A DNA stretch of 64,000 nt from Candidatus Jorgensenbacteria bacterium (GCA_030648515.1 JAUSHK010000005.1:48383-112382); one strand, 5' to 3'. Shown: positions 46,605 through 56,471, counted from the first letter of the stretch. Program-made: numbers and translations. Notes: a model not told the origin generated them from the sequence alone.

Positions 46605-47363
46605 CTATAGCGTCAAAATTTCCGGCTCTCCGTATGTGATAAGAACCGTGTGCTCAAAATGAGCCGTGAGCGAACCGTCTTGCGTTGCGAAGCTTTCGTC
46701 GTCGTTTTGAATAACGTCCGAAGAACCAGCGGAGAGCATCGGCTCAAGCGCGAGCACGAGGCCGGGTTTTAGAACAAGCCCTTCCCCTTTTCTCCCATAG
46801 TTATAAACAGTTGGGTCTTCGTGAACGGCAAAGCCGACACCGTGGCCTGTTAAGCCGCGAATCACTTTGAATCCGCGCCGTTTCGTTTCTTTTTCAATTT
46901 CAAATCCGATGTCTCCGATATGGTTTCCTGCACGGCATGCTTTAATAGCGTTTCTGAGCGCTTCTTCGGTTGCCCGAATAAGTTCCCGCGCTTCTCCTGT
47001 AATTTTTCCGATACCGACCGTAACTGCGGCGTCAGTGAAATAGCCGCGATAGTTTACGCCAAGATCTATCTTAAAAACGTCGCCGCTTTTCAAAATCCGC
47101 TTCGTTGGGATACCATGAACGACTGTTTCATTTAACGAGGCGCAGATTGCTGCCGGGAACGGCTTATCGCTTCCGTCTGGCATATAGCCCAAAAAGGCAG
47201 GTTTTGCGCCTGCCGCGCGGATAAGCTCCCGCGCTTTCATTTCCAGATCAATGAGAGCAACGCCCTCTTTAGCTAAATCTTTTAAGGCGCGTAATACTGA
47301 CGCTAAAATCTTTCCCGATACCCTGAGTCCCGCGATATCCTTTTCTTTTTTAATAGTGACCAT
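46605..47363 (-). CDS. map: Methionine aminopeptidase type I
   Basis: VVHGIP, D.G....D, GHGVG..HEDP, LEPM, HFEHT. Confidence 0.97.
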   Translation of the reverse strand: MVTIKKEKDIAGLRVSGKILASVLRALKDLAKEGVALIDLEMKARELIRAAGAKPAFLGYMPDGSDKPFPAAICASLNETVVHGIPTKRILKSGDVFKIDLGVNYRGYFTDAAVTVGIGKITGEARELIRATEEALRNAIKACRAGNHIGDIGFEIEKETKRRGFKVIRGLTGHGVGFAVHEDPTVYNYGRKGEGLVLKPGLVLALEPMLSAGSSDVIQNDDESFATQDGSLTAHFEHTVLITYGEPEILTL

Positions 47364-47381
47364 AGTTCGACAAGCTCACTA
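47362..47381. repeat. Short REP-like element, copy 2
   Basis: ATAGTTCGACAAGCTCACTA overlapping the map start codon. Confidence 0.6.
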
Positions 47382-47389
47382 CAAACTAT

Positions 47390-48076
47390 CTAGCCGGTTA
47401 GTTTTAGGGCTTTTTTAACGGATTCAAACACTTTGTATGGTAACGGCTCCCCATTGATTTCACAAACCTTAAACCCATGTTTTTTCATTTCTTTTATAAC
47501 TGGGTATGAACGTTCGCGATATTCCTTAAGGCGAACTTTTATAACTTCGGGCTTGTCTAGTGTGCGTTTACGGAGCGGCCCAGAGCACAGAGAACACTGT
47601 TTTGCTTTCGCCGCTTCAAGTGCCTGCAGTCCGCAGACGGAACATATGAGTCGGCCAGTGTTTCTTTGAAGCGAGCTTTTGTCTGCGACATTAAGTCGAA
47701 TGACAATTACGTTCTTTTTTCCATACTTTCGCACCAATAGAGGGACAAGCCCCTCTTTTTGTTTGTCCCCAAATGCTTCATATACAGTCCTTAAGGAGCC
47801 GCTGAGAACTATATTATGGCCAGAGTCGGCTATCCCACTTATAATACCGTGCATAAATTTCAACACCCACGACGGGGACGATAAAATTCCGGCGTCAAAA
47901 AGTTTCTTCTCTTTCTGAAGTTCCGGACTTTTTTTCGCATCCGGGTCGCGTAATGCAGATTCTATGTAGCGACCCGAGTCTATATTGATAAATAAATACC
48001 TGCGCGCTAAAAGTTCAGCTTGCGTTCCTTTCCCCGAACCAGGCGGGCCAAATATCACAACGGCTTGTTTCTTCAT
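47390..48076 (-). CDS. adk: Adenylate kinase family protein
   Basis: GPPGSGKGTQ, Cys4 lid, position between secY and map. Confidence 0.88.
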   Translation of the reverse strand: MKKQAVVIFGPPGSGKGTQAELLARRYLFINIDSGRYIESALRDPDAKKSPELQKEKKLFDAGILSSPSWVLKFMHGIISGIADSGHNIVLSGSLRTVYEAFGDKQKEGLVPLLVRKYGKKNVIVIRLNVADKSSLQRNTGRLICSVCGLQALEAAKAKQCSLCSGPLRKRTLDKPEVIKVRLKEYRERSYPVIKEMKKHGFKVCEINGEPLPYKVFESVKKALKLTG

Positions 48077-48106
48077 GATGTGTTTTATTGTACCACGCCC
48101 TGGATT

Positions 48107-49378
48107 TTAGGAAATCGTGTCGTACTCGCGAACTGTGAGTTGAGAATCCACTTGCTTCATAATTTCAAGAGCGACTCCGACAACAATTAAAAGTGCTGCA
48201 CCGCCGACTGTGAATACCTCGAGGCCCGTAAGCATCTGCGTTATGTTTGGGAGAATTGCGATGATACCAAGAAAGATCGCGCCGAAAAACGTTGTCCTGC
48301 GCGTAATCGCAGCAATAACATCCGATGTGGACTGCCCGGGCCTGATTCCTGGGATAAACCCGCCGCTTTGCTGGAGATTTTTTGAAATTTCCTTCGGATC
48401 AAACGTGACCGCCGTGTAGAAATAAGTAAACAAGAACACGAGAACGAAATATATTCCGCTGTATAAAAACTGGTTATTGAAAATCGCCGTAACAATCTCG
48501 TTTAAGCGCAGCGATAGATTGCTTGAAAATACAGAGCTCGCCTGCGCGATAAATTGCGGGAAAAGCAAAATGGAAATTGCAAAGATAATCGGAATCATTC
48601 CGGCTTGGTTCACCTTGAGCGGAAGATATGTTGAAACGCCGCCGTACATTTTATTGCCGCGAACTTGCTTTGCGTATGTTACAGGAACTTTTCGCTCGCC
48701 TTCGTTTACGAAAACCGTCGCAGCTGTAACAATTACTCCCAACACTATAAATATGAGGTATGTCGGAAGCACTGATGGGTTGTAGTTTAAAAACGCGTTT
48801 GCGGCGGTACTGGGAATTGAACTTACAATTCCGGCAAGAATAAGAAGCGATATGCCGTTTCCGATGTTGTATTCAGAGATGAGCTCACCAATCCACATAA
48901 GGAGGAGACTGCCGGCCGTGATGATAATTACGTTTGCTGCGGTGTTAAAGAAGTCCAGACGCGTAACCACGCCCTGCGACATAAGGAGGTTTAAAAAACC
49001 GTATCCTTGGAGTAAAGCGATTGGAACCGTTATCCAGCGAGAATAGCGGTTGAATTTTGCACGGCCTTCTGCGCCCTCTTCGTAGTACGCTTTTTTAAGC
49101 GACGGGAAGATGATGGTCAAAAGCTGCATGATGATTGTTGAAGTAATATACGGGCCCAAGCCAAGCATTATAATGGAGAGGTTATTAAGCCCTCCGCCTG
49201 AGAAAATATTAAGAAAACCGAATAATTGGTTTGATGAGAGAAAGTCTTGGAGACGGATAGCATCAACTCCAGGAATTGGAATTGCCGCTAGAATCCGGAA
49301 CACAACAAGCCACATAATGACCATCAGGACTTTTCTACGCAGATCCGGGATTTTAAAGATTTTTAAGAATTTTTGCAT
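48107..49378 (-). CDS. secY: Preprotein translocase SecY
   Basis: LGLGPYIT, GNGISLLI, GGFIPGIRPG. Confidence 0.98.
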   Translation of the reverse strand: MQKFLKIFKIPDLRRKVLMVIMWLVVFRILAAIPIPGVDAIRLQDFLSSNQLFGFLNIFSGGGLNNLSIIMLGLGPYITSTIIMQLLTIIFPSLKKAYYEEGAEGRAKFNRYSRWITVPIALLQGYGFLNLLMSQGVVTRLDFFNTAANVIIITAGSLLLMWIGELISEYNIGNGISLLILAGIVSSIPSTAANAFLNYNPSVLPTYLIFIVLGVIVTAATVFVNEGERKVPVTYAKQVRGNKMYGGVSTYLPLKVNQAGMIPIIFAISILLFPQFIAQASSVFSSNLSLRLNEIVTAIFNNQFLYSGIYFVLVFLFTYFYTAVTFDPKEISKNLQQSGGFIPGIRPGQSTSDVIAAITRRTTFFGAIFLGIIAILPNITQMLTGLEVFTVGGAALLIVVGVALEIMKQVDSQLTVREYDTIS

Positions 49379-49413
49379 GTGACTTTATTATAGACGCTTC
49401 CGCCAGCCAGTTT

Positions 49414-49836
49414 TTACTTTTTAACAGAGCCACCAGCCGCTTCAATTTGTTTTTTTGCGCTTTCAGACACACGAATACCTTTTATTGTGAATGCGCGACG
49501 CACTTCCCCGCCGCCTAAAAGCTTTATTGATATTGATATTTCTTTAATCAGCCCCGAAGCAAGGAGCGTTGCTTTTGTAACGTTCGTATCCTTCATTTTC
49601 CTTTCGAGTTCTCCAACACTAATAGCAATCGGCTTTACGTTTTGTATTTTGCGTTTCGAACCGCGAAGCTTCGGTAGTCGCATAATAAGGTCGCGTTCTG
49701 CTGGCCGAATCCGGTGGCCAGCGCGCGAACCCTGCCCTTTCTGGCCGCGCCCGGAATACGTTCCGCGTTTTCCACCGCGCCCAATGCGTTTTCTTCCCCT
49801 CTTTTTAGTTTGTGGAACAATTGTATGAAGTTGCAT
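49414..49836 (-). CDS. rplO: 50S ribosomal protein uL15
   Basis: RIGRGG, GRGQKGQ.SR, IEAAGG. Confidence 0.95.
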   Translation of the reverse strand: MQLHTIVPQTKKRGRKRIGRGGKRGTYSGRGQKGQGSRAGHRIRPAERDLIMRLPKLRGSKRKIQNVKPIAISVGELERKMKDTNVTKATLLASGLIKEISISIKLLGGGEVRRAFTIKGIRVSESAKKQIEAAGGSVKK

Positions 49837-49839
49837 ATA

Positions 49840-50340
49840 TTAGATGTTTTCTGATTTTTCTACTGCCTGCGAACGCGGGGTAAGATCCATTTGTTTTAAT
49901 GCTTCTATAGTAGCAAGAGCGTTTGCGATTTTGTTTTTTGTCCTGCCTAAAATCTTTGCAGAAACATCGCGCACTCCTACAAGCTCAAGCACAGTGCGGC
50001 ACGAACCACCGGCAATAAGCCCGTGCCCCTTCTTCGCTGACTTGATCCGCACGTGCGCCGCGCCGTATTTTGCCTCAGTTTCATATGGAACTGTGCGTCC
50101 TTCAATAAGCGATATCATTACTATATTCTTCTCAGCTTGGCGGCGCGCTTTATCAACGGACGAGCTGAAGTCCAATCCCTTTGCAATACCAAGGCCAACG
50201 CGGCCCTTCTGATCGCCCAAAACAACGGTCGCGCGGAAGCTAAACCGCTTTCCGCCAGCCATAACGCGGGTTACCCGGCGCACTTCAAGCACCTTTTCCT
50301 TAAATTCGCTTTTCTGATTTTTCGAAAAAGTACGTCTCAT
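49840..50340 (-). CDS. rpsE: 30S ribosomal protein uS5
   Basis: RVTRVMAGGKRF, G.GLIAGG. Confidence 0.97.
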   Translation of the reverse strand: MRRTFSKNQKSEFKEKVLEVRRVTRVMAGGKRFSFRATVVLGDQKGRVGLGIAKGLDFSSSVDKARRQAEKNIVMISLIEGRTVPYETEAKYGAAHVRIKSAKKGHGLIAGGSCRTVLELVGVRDVSAKILGRTKNKIANALATIEALKQMDLTPRSQAVEKSENI

Positions 50341-50341
50341 A

Positions 50342-50701
50342 TTAAATCTTTAATCCTGCCTCCCGCGCGGCGTCTACGACTGCTTTTACCCTTCCATGAT
50401 AGCGGTATTTTCCGCGGTCGAGAACTGCTGTGTTTATGCCGGCTTTTTTAGCCTGTTCCGCGATGTGTTTTCCGATAACGCCGGCGCTTTCAATTTTCTT
50501 ACCCGCTTTTGCTCCTTTTTCTTTATGAGAAGAAGCCGCCGCAAGCGTTTTACCAGCTTCATCATCAATGAGCTGGGCGTACGTAAAGCGATTACTTCTA
50601 AAAATAGAAAGTCGCGGTTTTTCTTTTGTTCCGGAAATCCGCGCCCGCACGCGATGCGCGCGACGCGCACGTATTGCATTTTGTTTTTTTGCTTTATTCA
50701 T
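50342..50701 (-). CDS. rplR: 50S ribosomal protein uL18
   Basis: PRLSIFRS, DRG.Y.YHGRV. Confidence 0.97.
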   Translation of the reverse strand: MNKAKKQNAIRARRAHRVRARISGTKEKPRLSIFRSNRFTYAQLIDDEAGKTLAAASSHKEKGAKAGKKIESAGVIGKHIAEQAKKAGINTAVLDRGKYRYHGRVKAVVDAAREAGLKI

Positions 50702-50714
50702 ACTGTTTTATTTA

Positions 50715-51272
50715 CTACGCTGCTTTGCCCGCGGTCGCCGCGGCTTTCTTGCCGGCCTTTCTCTGGATGACCTCGTCCGAGTAGCGAAATCCTTTTCCTT
50801 TGTATGGCTCCGGTTTTTTAAGCTCCCGTATTTCAGCTGCGACTTGTCCGACAAGCGCTTTGTCAAAACCGCTGATTTTTACGATTGAATTTTTTTCTAC
50901 TTCAAAACTAACTCCTTCCGGCTTTTTATATTTTACAGGGTGCGAAAATCCCAAGCTCATTGTAAGGTCTTCTCCCTCTTTTGTGACTTTAAAACCGACC
51001 CCCTCTAAAATGAGTTTCTTTTCAAACCCTTTCACAAGGCCCTCAACAGCGTTCGCGACAAGCGCGCGCACCGTTCCCCAATTGCTCCTTGTCTGTTTTG
51101 TGTCGTTTATGAGCTCAAACCGGATTGTGTTTCCCTCGCGAATAGAACGCACTCCGCGCAGAAGCGGAACTTCAAGCTTGCCTTTTGGGCCGTTCACAAC
51201 AATGTTATTTTCACTAACATCTAGGGTGACGCCTTCAGGGATTTCTATAATTTGTTTTCCTATTTTTGACAT
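50715..51272 (-). CDS. rplF: 50S ribosomal protein uL6
   Basis: MSKIGK, LGFSHPV, PEPYKGKG. Confidence 0.97.
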   Translation of the reverse strand: MSKIGKQIIEIPEGVTLDVSENNIVVNGPKGKLEVPLLRGVRSIREGNTIRFELINDTKQTRSNWGTVRALVANAVEGLVKGFEKKLILEGVGFKVTKEGEDLTMSLGFSHPVKYKKPEGVSFEVEKNSIVKISGFDKALVGQVAAEIRELKKPEPYKGKGFRYSDEVIQRKAGKKAAATAGKAA

Positions 51273-51281
51273 AGTAAATTT

Positions 51282-51653
51282 TTACCAGATTTCGCAAAGA
51301 AGCTCGCCTCCGACTTTTCCGCGCCGCGCCATTTCGCCCGTCATAATCCCTTTTGGCGTTGAGAGAATTATAATGCCGTGTCCGTGCTTTACTGGCTTCA
51401 TTGCCCGATAACCGCCGTAGCGTCGCACTGACGGTTTACTCAAGAATTTTATGCCTCGTATCGGGCTTTTTACATCACAGTCAACCTCAATGATTTTTTT
51501 AAATGATTTTCCCTTAACCTCCGCTTTCTTTAAAAATCCATGCGCGCAAAGAAGCTCGGCTATCGCGAGGTTCATTTTTGAATAGCGAACTTTGAGGGGC
51601 TTCTTTCCTGCCGCCTGCGCGTTTTTAATTTTGATTAAAAGGTCAATAAACAT
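51282..51653 (-). CDS. rpsH: 30S ribosomal protein uS8
   Basis: SKPS.R.Y, STPKGIMT, GGELLCEIW; start ATG 51653. Confidence 0.95.
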   Translation of the reverse strand: MFIDLLIKIKNAQAAGKKPLKVRYSKMNLAIAELLCAHGFLKKAEVKGKSFKKIIEVDCDVKSPIRGIKFLSKPSVRRYGGYRAMKPVKHGHGIIILSTPKGIMTGEMARRGKVGGELLCEIW

Positions 51654-51654
51654 A

Positions 51655-51840
51655 TTACCAGGAAGATTTTTTAACACCCGGGATCATTCCGCGCGACGCA
51701 AGCTCGCGGAAACAAATGCGACACACGTTGAAATCGCGCATATAACCGCGTTTCCGCCCGCAACGAAAACACCGCCGGACGATCCGTGTCGTGTATTTCG
51801 GCGTTTTTCTTGCTCGTGCTTTTACTGATGTTTTTGCCAT
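51655..51840 (-). CDS. rpsN: 30S ribosomal protein uS14, zinc-binding type Z
   Basis: 61 aa, CFRCGR...CRICFR, KSSW. Confidence 0.97.
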   Translation of the reverse strand: MAKTSVKARARKTPKYTTRIVRRCFRCGRKRGYMRDFNVCRICFRELASRGMIPGVKKSSW

Positions 51841-51871
51841 ACAATACGATTTCCGCGTTTATTACAACGCT

Positions 51872-52375
51872 TTATTTCTTCAAGGGTACCCTAATCGACC
51901 GGTAAAAATCAATCGCCTTCACCCGATTGCGCACTTTTGGCACGCAGGTCACTTGGAGCCCGAACGGTATCCTCGACTTTTCCATGTTAATTTCCGGGAA
52001 CACATATTGGTCGTGAAACCCGATGTTTAGGTTGCCGTTTGTATCAACGTTTGAGAGTTCAAGCCCGCGGAAATCTTTCACGCGAGGAATGACTACGGCA
52101 ACGAGCTTCTTCAGAAAATCGTCCATGCGCGAACGCCGGATTGTCACCTGAAGCCCAATAATATCGCCCTCGCGGGTGCCAAATCCGGCAATTGATTTCT
52201 TTGCAACGCGATTTGCCGGTTTCTGGCCGGAGATAACTGCGATTTCTTTCGCAATCTCAGGCAAAACTTTTTCTTCAAAATTCGCCTGGCCCTTGAGACG
52301 CCCCAAACCTACGTTCACTACGATTTTCTCGAGGAAACGCCGCGCAGTATACTGTTGTTTTGTTATTTCTTTCAT
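51872..52375 (-). CDS. rplE: 50S ribosomal protein uL5
   Basis: KIVVNVG, GQKP, PRVKDFRG, FPEI. Confidence 0.96.
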   Translation of the reverse strand: MKEITKQQYTARRFLEKIVVNVGLGRLKGQANFEEKVLPEIAKEIAVISGQKPANRVAKKSIAGFGTREGDIIGLQVTIRRSRMDDFLKKLVAVVIPRVKDFRGLELSNVDTNGNLNIGFHDQYVFPEINMEKSRIPFGLQVTCVPKVRNRVKAIDFYRSIRVPLKK

Positions 52376-52381
52376 ATGCGG

Positions 52382-52693
52382 TTATTTTTCAAGAATGTTT
52401 TTGCACTTTTTGCAGTAGCGCTTTTTTACGCCGTCCTTGACTTCGAAGCCGACGCGGACCGTTTTATTGCATGACGGACACACCAACTGGACGTTTGCGA
52501 TTGGAAGCGGGCGCGCGATTTCAACAATCTGGCCCTTCTCGCCCTGCTTGCGCGGCCGCACGTGTTTTTTAAAGCGATTCAATCCTTCAACCACGACCTT
52601 CATGGCGCTTACATCAACACGAAGTATTGGCCCCGTCTTTCCGCGGTCTTTTCCTTTCATTATTTTTACCGTGTCTCCTTTTCGTATGCGCAT
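52382..52693 (-). CDS. rplX: 50S ribosomal protein uL24
   Basis: KGDTV...GKDRGK KOW motif. Confidence 0.97.
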   Translation of the reverse strand: MRIRKGDTVKIMKGKDRGKTGPILRVDVSAMKVVVEGLNRFKKHVRPRKQGEKGQIVEIARPLPIANVQLVCPSCNKTVRVGFEVKDGVKKRYCKKCKNILEK

Positions 52694-52711
52694 AGTAATA
52701 AGTTTGCTAAT

Positions 52712-53077
52712 TTAGACGAGTTCTTTCGCCAGCGATGCGATTGTTGTATATCCCTTTTCTTTTATTTCGCGCGGGATTGGACCGAAGATGCGGGTGCCGC
52801 GCGGCTCGCCTTTTTCAATTAATACAACGGCGTTGTCGTCAAATCGTATATATGAACCGTCAGACCTGCGAAGCTTGGCGCGATGGCGCACTACAAGCGC
52901 CCGCACAACATCTTTTTTCTTTACTTGTTTTCGCGGCTCCGCGGACTGCACTGAAGCGATGATAATATCCCCGATTTTTGCATATCGCTTTCGGTCGCCT
53001 CCCAAGACGCGAAAACAGCGAACGAGTTTCGCTCCGCTATTATCTGCAACTTTTACTACGCTGCGTTCTTGGATCAT
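52712..53077 (-). CDS. rplN: 50S ribosomal protein uL14
   Basis: VADNSGA, FDDNAVV, GTRIFGP. Confidence 0.98.
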   Translation of the reverse strand: MIQERSVVKVADNSGAKLVRCFRVLGGDRKRYAKIGDIIIASVQSAEPRKQVKKKDVVRALVVRHRAKLRRSDGSYIRFDDNAVVLIEKGEPRGTRIFGPIPREIKEKGYTTIASLAKELV

Positions 53078-53080
53078 AAA

Positions 53081-53115
53081 TAAATAGAAATTAGTAAATG
53101 GTAATTAGTAATTAG
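53081..53115. repeat. Degenerate 7-mer tandem repeat (5 units)
   Basis: taaatag aaattag taaatgg taattag taattag. Confidence 0.75.
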
Positions 53116-53125
53116 GAAAATTGGA

Positions 53126-53398
53126 TTACTTCGATTCGGATTTCTTTTCTTCCGGCTTTTCCAAAGCGCGTTTTATCAAGGCAACGATTTTCCACCGTTT
53201 CTCCTTTGAAAGCGGGCGCGTTTCCTGAATTGTAACTCGGTCACCGGATTTGTATTCGTTGTTTTCATCATGCGCTTTCATCCGCTCCGAAACTCGGTAA
53301 CGCTTTTCATAGCGCGGGTGACGCACGAGGCGCTCAACTAAAACGACGCGCGTTTTGTTCATTTTGTCCGATACTATGGTACCTTCGAGTTTTCTCAT
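53126..53398 (-). CDS. rpsQ: 30S ribosomal protein uS17
   Basis: SDKMNKT, AHDE, ETRPLSK. Confidence 0.97.
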   Translation of the reverse strand: MRKLEGTIVSDKMNKTRVVLVERLVRHPRYEKRYRVSERMKAHDENNEYKSGDRVTIQETRPLSKEKRWKIVALIKRALEKPEEKKSESK

Positions 53399-53402
53399 AA
53401 AT

Positions 53403-53606
53403 TTAGAATCCTTTTCCTTCTGATTGCGCTATGGTATGCAATTGCGCGATTGTTTTTCGAACCTTTCGCGCTTCGCGTACATTCTTCGCCTTTCCAAGAG
53501 CAATATCAAATTTCAATTTATTCAGCGTCGCGTAGGCATCGCCGAGCTCCTTGCGGATTTCCGCAGCTGTTTTATTTTTCCACATTGTCATGTCTTTCTT
53601 TTTCAT
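53403..53606 (-). CDS. rpmC: 50S ribosomal protein uL29
   Basis: Position and RKTIAQLHT motif. Confidence 0.9.
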   Translation of the reverse strand: MKKKDMTMWKNKTAAEIRKELGDAYATLNKLKFDIALGKAKNVREARKVRKTIAQLHTIAQSEGKGF

Positions 53607-53610
53607 AATT

Positions 53611-54030
53611 TTATAAGTTAGCCGCAGATACGAATTTAGTTTTTATCGGCAATTTATGCCCGGCCTTTCTCAGCGCTTCCCGCGCAGCCACTTCGTCTAC
53701 GCCGCCGATTTCAAATAAGATGCGGCCTGGCTTCACTGGAAAAACATAGTGGTCAACCTCGCCTTTTCCACCTCCTAATGTCACCTCCGGAGGAAGCTTT
53801 GTCACTGGCTTATCAGGGAACACGCGTATCCAGACCCGCCCTTCGCGCTTAAGGGAGTGCGCGATTGTTTTCCGCGCAGCCTCGAGCTGGTTGCCCGTAA
53901 TCCATATCGCTTCAAGCGCCTGAAGGCCGAACTGGCCAAAACCAAGCGTCATGCCACGCGTTTCAACTAGACGCCTTCGGGAGCGCCCTTTCTGCTGTTT
54001 GCGATATTTTTGTTTCTTAGGTTGCAGCAT
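53611..54030 (-). CDS. rplP: 50S ribosomal protein uL16
   Basis: MLQPK, WIRVFPDKP, GGGKG. Confidence 0.97.
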   Translation of the reverse strand: MLQPKKQKYRKQQKGRSRRRLVETRGMTLGFGQFGLQALEAIWITGNQLEAARKTIAHSLKREGRVWIRVFPDKPVTKLPPEVTLGGGKGEVDHYVFPVKPGRILFEIGGVDEVAAREALRKAGHKLPIKTKFVSAANL

Positions 54031-54035
54031 ATGTA

Positions 54036-54713
54036 TTAGGATTTCTTGCTATTTTTAAAAATTTCTCCCTTATAAATCCAGACTTTGACGCCAACCGTTC
54101 CGTACGAATTAAATGCTGTCGCGGTTCCATAATCAACATTCGCGCGCAATGTCTGAAGCGGCATGCTTCCATTTGCAAGAAAATCTCTCCGTGAAATTTC
54201 CGCTCCGTTTAGCCGTCCTGATAATTTTATTTTTGCCCCTTTTACTTCGCGATTTTGCATAACGCTTTCAAGATACCGCTTCATAATACGACGGTACGGC
54301 TGGCGCTTTTCAATATCAAAGGCGATGTTTTGCGCGACAACGGGCGCCGAGATTTCCGAGCGTTTCAGTTCTTCTATCGTGAGGTTCAGTGAGAATTTCG
54401 GCTTCACGGAATTTTTCTTTCGTAGTTTTGCTATTGCAGTAGCGAGCCCGGTTTTAAGCTCTTCTATCCCCTTGCCGCCGCGTCCTATAATTAAACCCGG
54501 CTTACTTGCCTGAATCGTCACGCGTATCGCGTCTCCCATGCGTTCAATAGCAATTCCGGCGATTCCCGCCTGAAGGATTTTCTTCTCAATAAATTTGCGT
54601 ATGTCGTGGTCTTCTTCTATGAAATACCGCGTAGACTTTTTCCAAAACCACCGGCTGACCCACGGAATCGTGACGCCTAATCTATGTGTAATTGGGTTGA
54701 TTTTCTGTGCCAT
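54036..54713 (-). CDS. rpsC: 30S ribosomal protein uS3
   Basis: KPGLIIGRGG, GRLNGAE, PLQTLRA. Confidence 0.97.
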   Translation of the reverse strand: MAQKINPITHRLGVTIPWVSRWFWKKSTRYFIEEDHDIRKFIEKKILQAGIAGIAIERMGDAIRVTIQASKPGLIIGRGGKGIEELKTGLATAIAKLRKKNSVKPKFSLNLTIEELKRSEISAPVVAQNIAFDIEKRQPYRRIMKRYLESVMQNREVKGAKIKLSGRLNGAEISRRDFLANGSMPLQTLRANVDYGTATAFNSYGTVGVKVWIYKGEIFKNSKKS

Positions 54714-54718
54714 ATGTA

Positions 54719-55267
54719 TTAAACAGCTTTTCTCCTAAAGACCTTCGGTAGAAATCCCTTTTTCTCGACTGGTTTTTCAGACGCCGATTTTGCTTCTGGC
54801 TCCGCATGTTCATGCGCGTGCTTTTCGCCCTTCTTCATATGTTTTGCGTCTTCCGTAAGCTTCTTTTCTTTTTTGCCGTGAATAACAAATCTCTCGCCAG
54901 CCTTGCCTTCTGCAATTGATACGCCCTCGCGCACCGCAATTACAAGACTAACATGACTTGTTTTCTTTTCTATGCGAGCACCTCCGCCGCGCGCGCGCGG
55001 TGTCCACCTGCGGAGTTTTGGCCCCTGGTCAACGCGAATTTCTTTTACGTACATAGTCCCAGGATCAAGCTTCATAGTATTCTTAGCATTTGCAACCGCA
55101 CTCCTTAAAAGTTTCAAAATCGGAATACCGGCTCGCTTTGCGAGCGAAAGGAGGCGAGCCTCCGCTTCATTTATAGAAAGGTTCTTAATAACGTTCGCCG
55201 CAAGTCGCGTTTTTCGCGGGGCAATCCGTAGGTATTTAAGTTGTGCTGTTGCAAATTTCTGTTCCAT
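54719..55267 (-). CDS. rplV: 50S ribosomal protein uL22 with C-terminal extension
   Basis: APRK.R, SAVANA, PRARG, KKTSH. Confidence 0.96.
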   Translation of the reverse strand: MEQKFATAQLKYLRIAPRKTRLAANVIKNLSINEAEARLLSLAKRAGIPILKLLRSAVANAKNTMKLDPGTMYVKEIRVDQGPKLRRWTPRARGGGARIEKKTSHVSLVIAVREGVSIAEGKAGERFVIHGKKEKKLTEDAKHMKKGEKHAHEHAEPEAKSASEKPVEKKGFLPKVFRRKAV

Positions 55268-55272
55268 AATAA

Positions 55273-55596
55273 TTATTTCTTAGCACCTGCTGCGGCCGGC
55301 TGGGCCGCCTCGGTTGCGCCTTTTTCAATATCTTTTTGAATCTTTCCGCCGTGCTTAATGAATTTCCGCGTCGGTGAAAATTCTCCAAGCTTATGGCCAA
55401 CCATATCTTCATTAATTCTGACTTCAATGAAATTTTTTCCGTTATGAATCGCGAAAACAAAACCAACCATCTCAGGAGAGATTTCAGAATCCCGCGACCA
55501 TGTTTTAATCGGCGTCAGGTCCCCTTGCTTCATTTTGCCCATCTTTTCCACAAGCTTCGGGTCAACCCACGGTCCTTTTTTTGATGATCTGCTCAT
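55273..55596 (-). CDS. rpsS: 30S ribosomal protein uS19
   Basis: [23 protein letters not shown]. Confidence 0.98.
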   Translation of the reverse strand: MSRSSKKGPWVDPKLVEKMGKMKQGDLTPIKTWSRDSEISPEMVGFVFAIHNGKNFIEVRINEDMVGHKLGEFSPTRKFIKHGGKIQKDIEKGATEAAQPAAAGAKK

Positions 55597-55642
55597 AATA
55601 AATCAGGTTGGTAGTATATCCTGTTAGAAGGCTTTGGACAAG

Positions 55643-56470
55643 TTATTTCCTCCGCTCTACGACGAATTTACCCGACCATTTTTTCTTATTGCGTGTTTTG
55701 TGTCCGCCGGTAATCTTGCCCCATTTCGTTTTTGGACGGCGCGTGCCGCGCTGCGTGCGTCCTTCACCGCCTCCGTACGGATGGTCGCGCGGATTCATAA
55801 CCTTGCCGCGGACGGTCGGCCTTATGCCGAGCCATCTCGAGCGTCCTGCTTTTCCTATTACAACCAGGTTATGCTCCGGATTTGAGACTTGTCCGATTGA
55901 GGCATAGCACTCCCATGAAACTTTCCTGATTTCTCCCGATGACATTTTGAGATGCGTGTAGCCGTCTTCATTCGCTAGAATCTGAACCGAAACTCCTGCC
56001 GAGCGAGCAATCTTCGCTCCTCCGCGCGGATGAATTTCTATTGAATGCACGAATGTTCCGACCGGAATTCTTTTTAATTTCGTGCGATTTCCGGTTGTAA
56101 ACGCCGCATCGTCGGATGTGATAATAGCATCACCAACCTTAAGCCCGTTCGGAGCCAAAATATACCGGCGTTCTCCGTCGTGATAAACAACGAGCGCGAT
56201 GAACGCGGTGCGATACGGATCATATTCAATGGATTCAACGCGTGCCGGAACGCCGATTTTCATCTGCATAAAATCAACATCGCGGTACAGCGTTTTATTG
56301 CCTCCGCCCTGATGCCGCACAGTGATTCTTCCCTGGGTGTTGCGTCCGGCATGCTTTTTAATCCGCCATGTGAGCTGTTTTTGCGGTTTCGCGCGCGTAA
56401 GCGTGCTGTAATCAGTAACGCTGTAATGGCGCCTTGAAGGAGACGTCGGCTTGTATTGTTTGATTGGCAT
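55643..56470 (-). CDS. rplB: 50S ribosomal protein uL2
   Basis: IEYDPYR, ARSAG, RPTVRG.VMNP.DHP.GGGEG. Confidence 0.98.
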   Translation of the reverse strand: MPIKQYKPTSPSRRHYSVTDYSTLTRAKPQKQLTWRIKKHAGRNTQGRITVRHQGGGNKTLYRDVDFMQMKIGVPARVESIEYDPYRTAFIALVVYHDGERRYILAPNGLKVGDAIITSDDAAFTTGNRTKLKRIPVGTFVHSIEIHPRGGAKIARSAGVSVQILANEDGYTHLKMSSGEIRKVSWECYASIGQVSNPEHNLVVIGKAGRSRWLGIRPTVRGKVMNPRDHPYGGGEGRTQRGTRRPKTKWGKITGGHKTRNKKKWSGKFVVERRK

Positions 56471-56471
56471 A

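Noticed and set aside
49399-49410. TCCGCCAGCCAG half-palindrome between rplO and secY
   Set aside because: Only one arm matches the CCGCC family; too short to support
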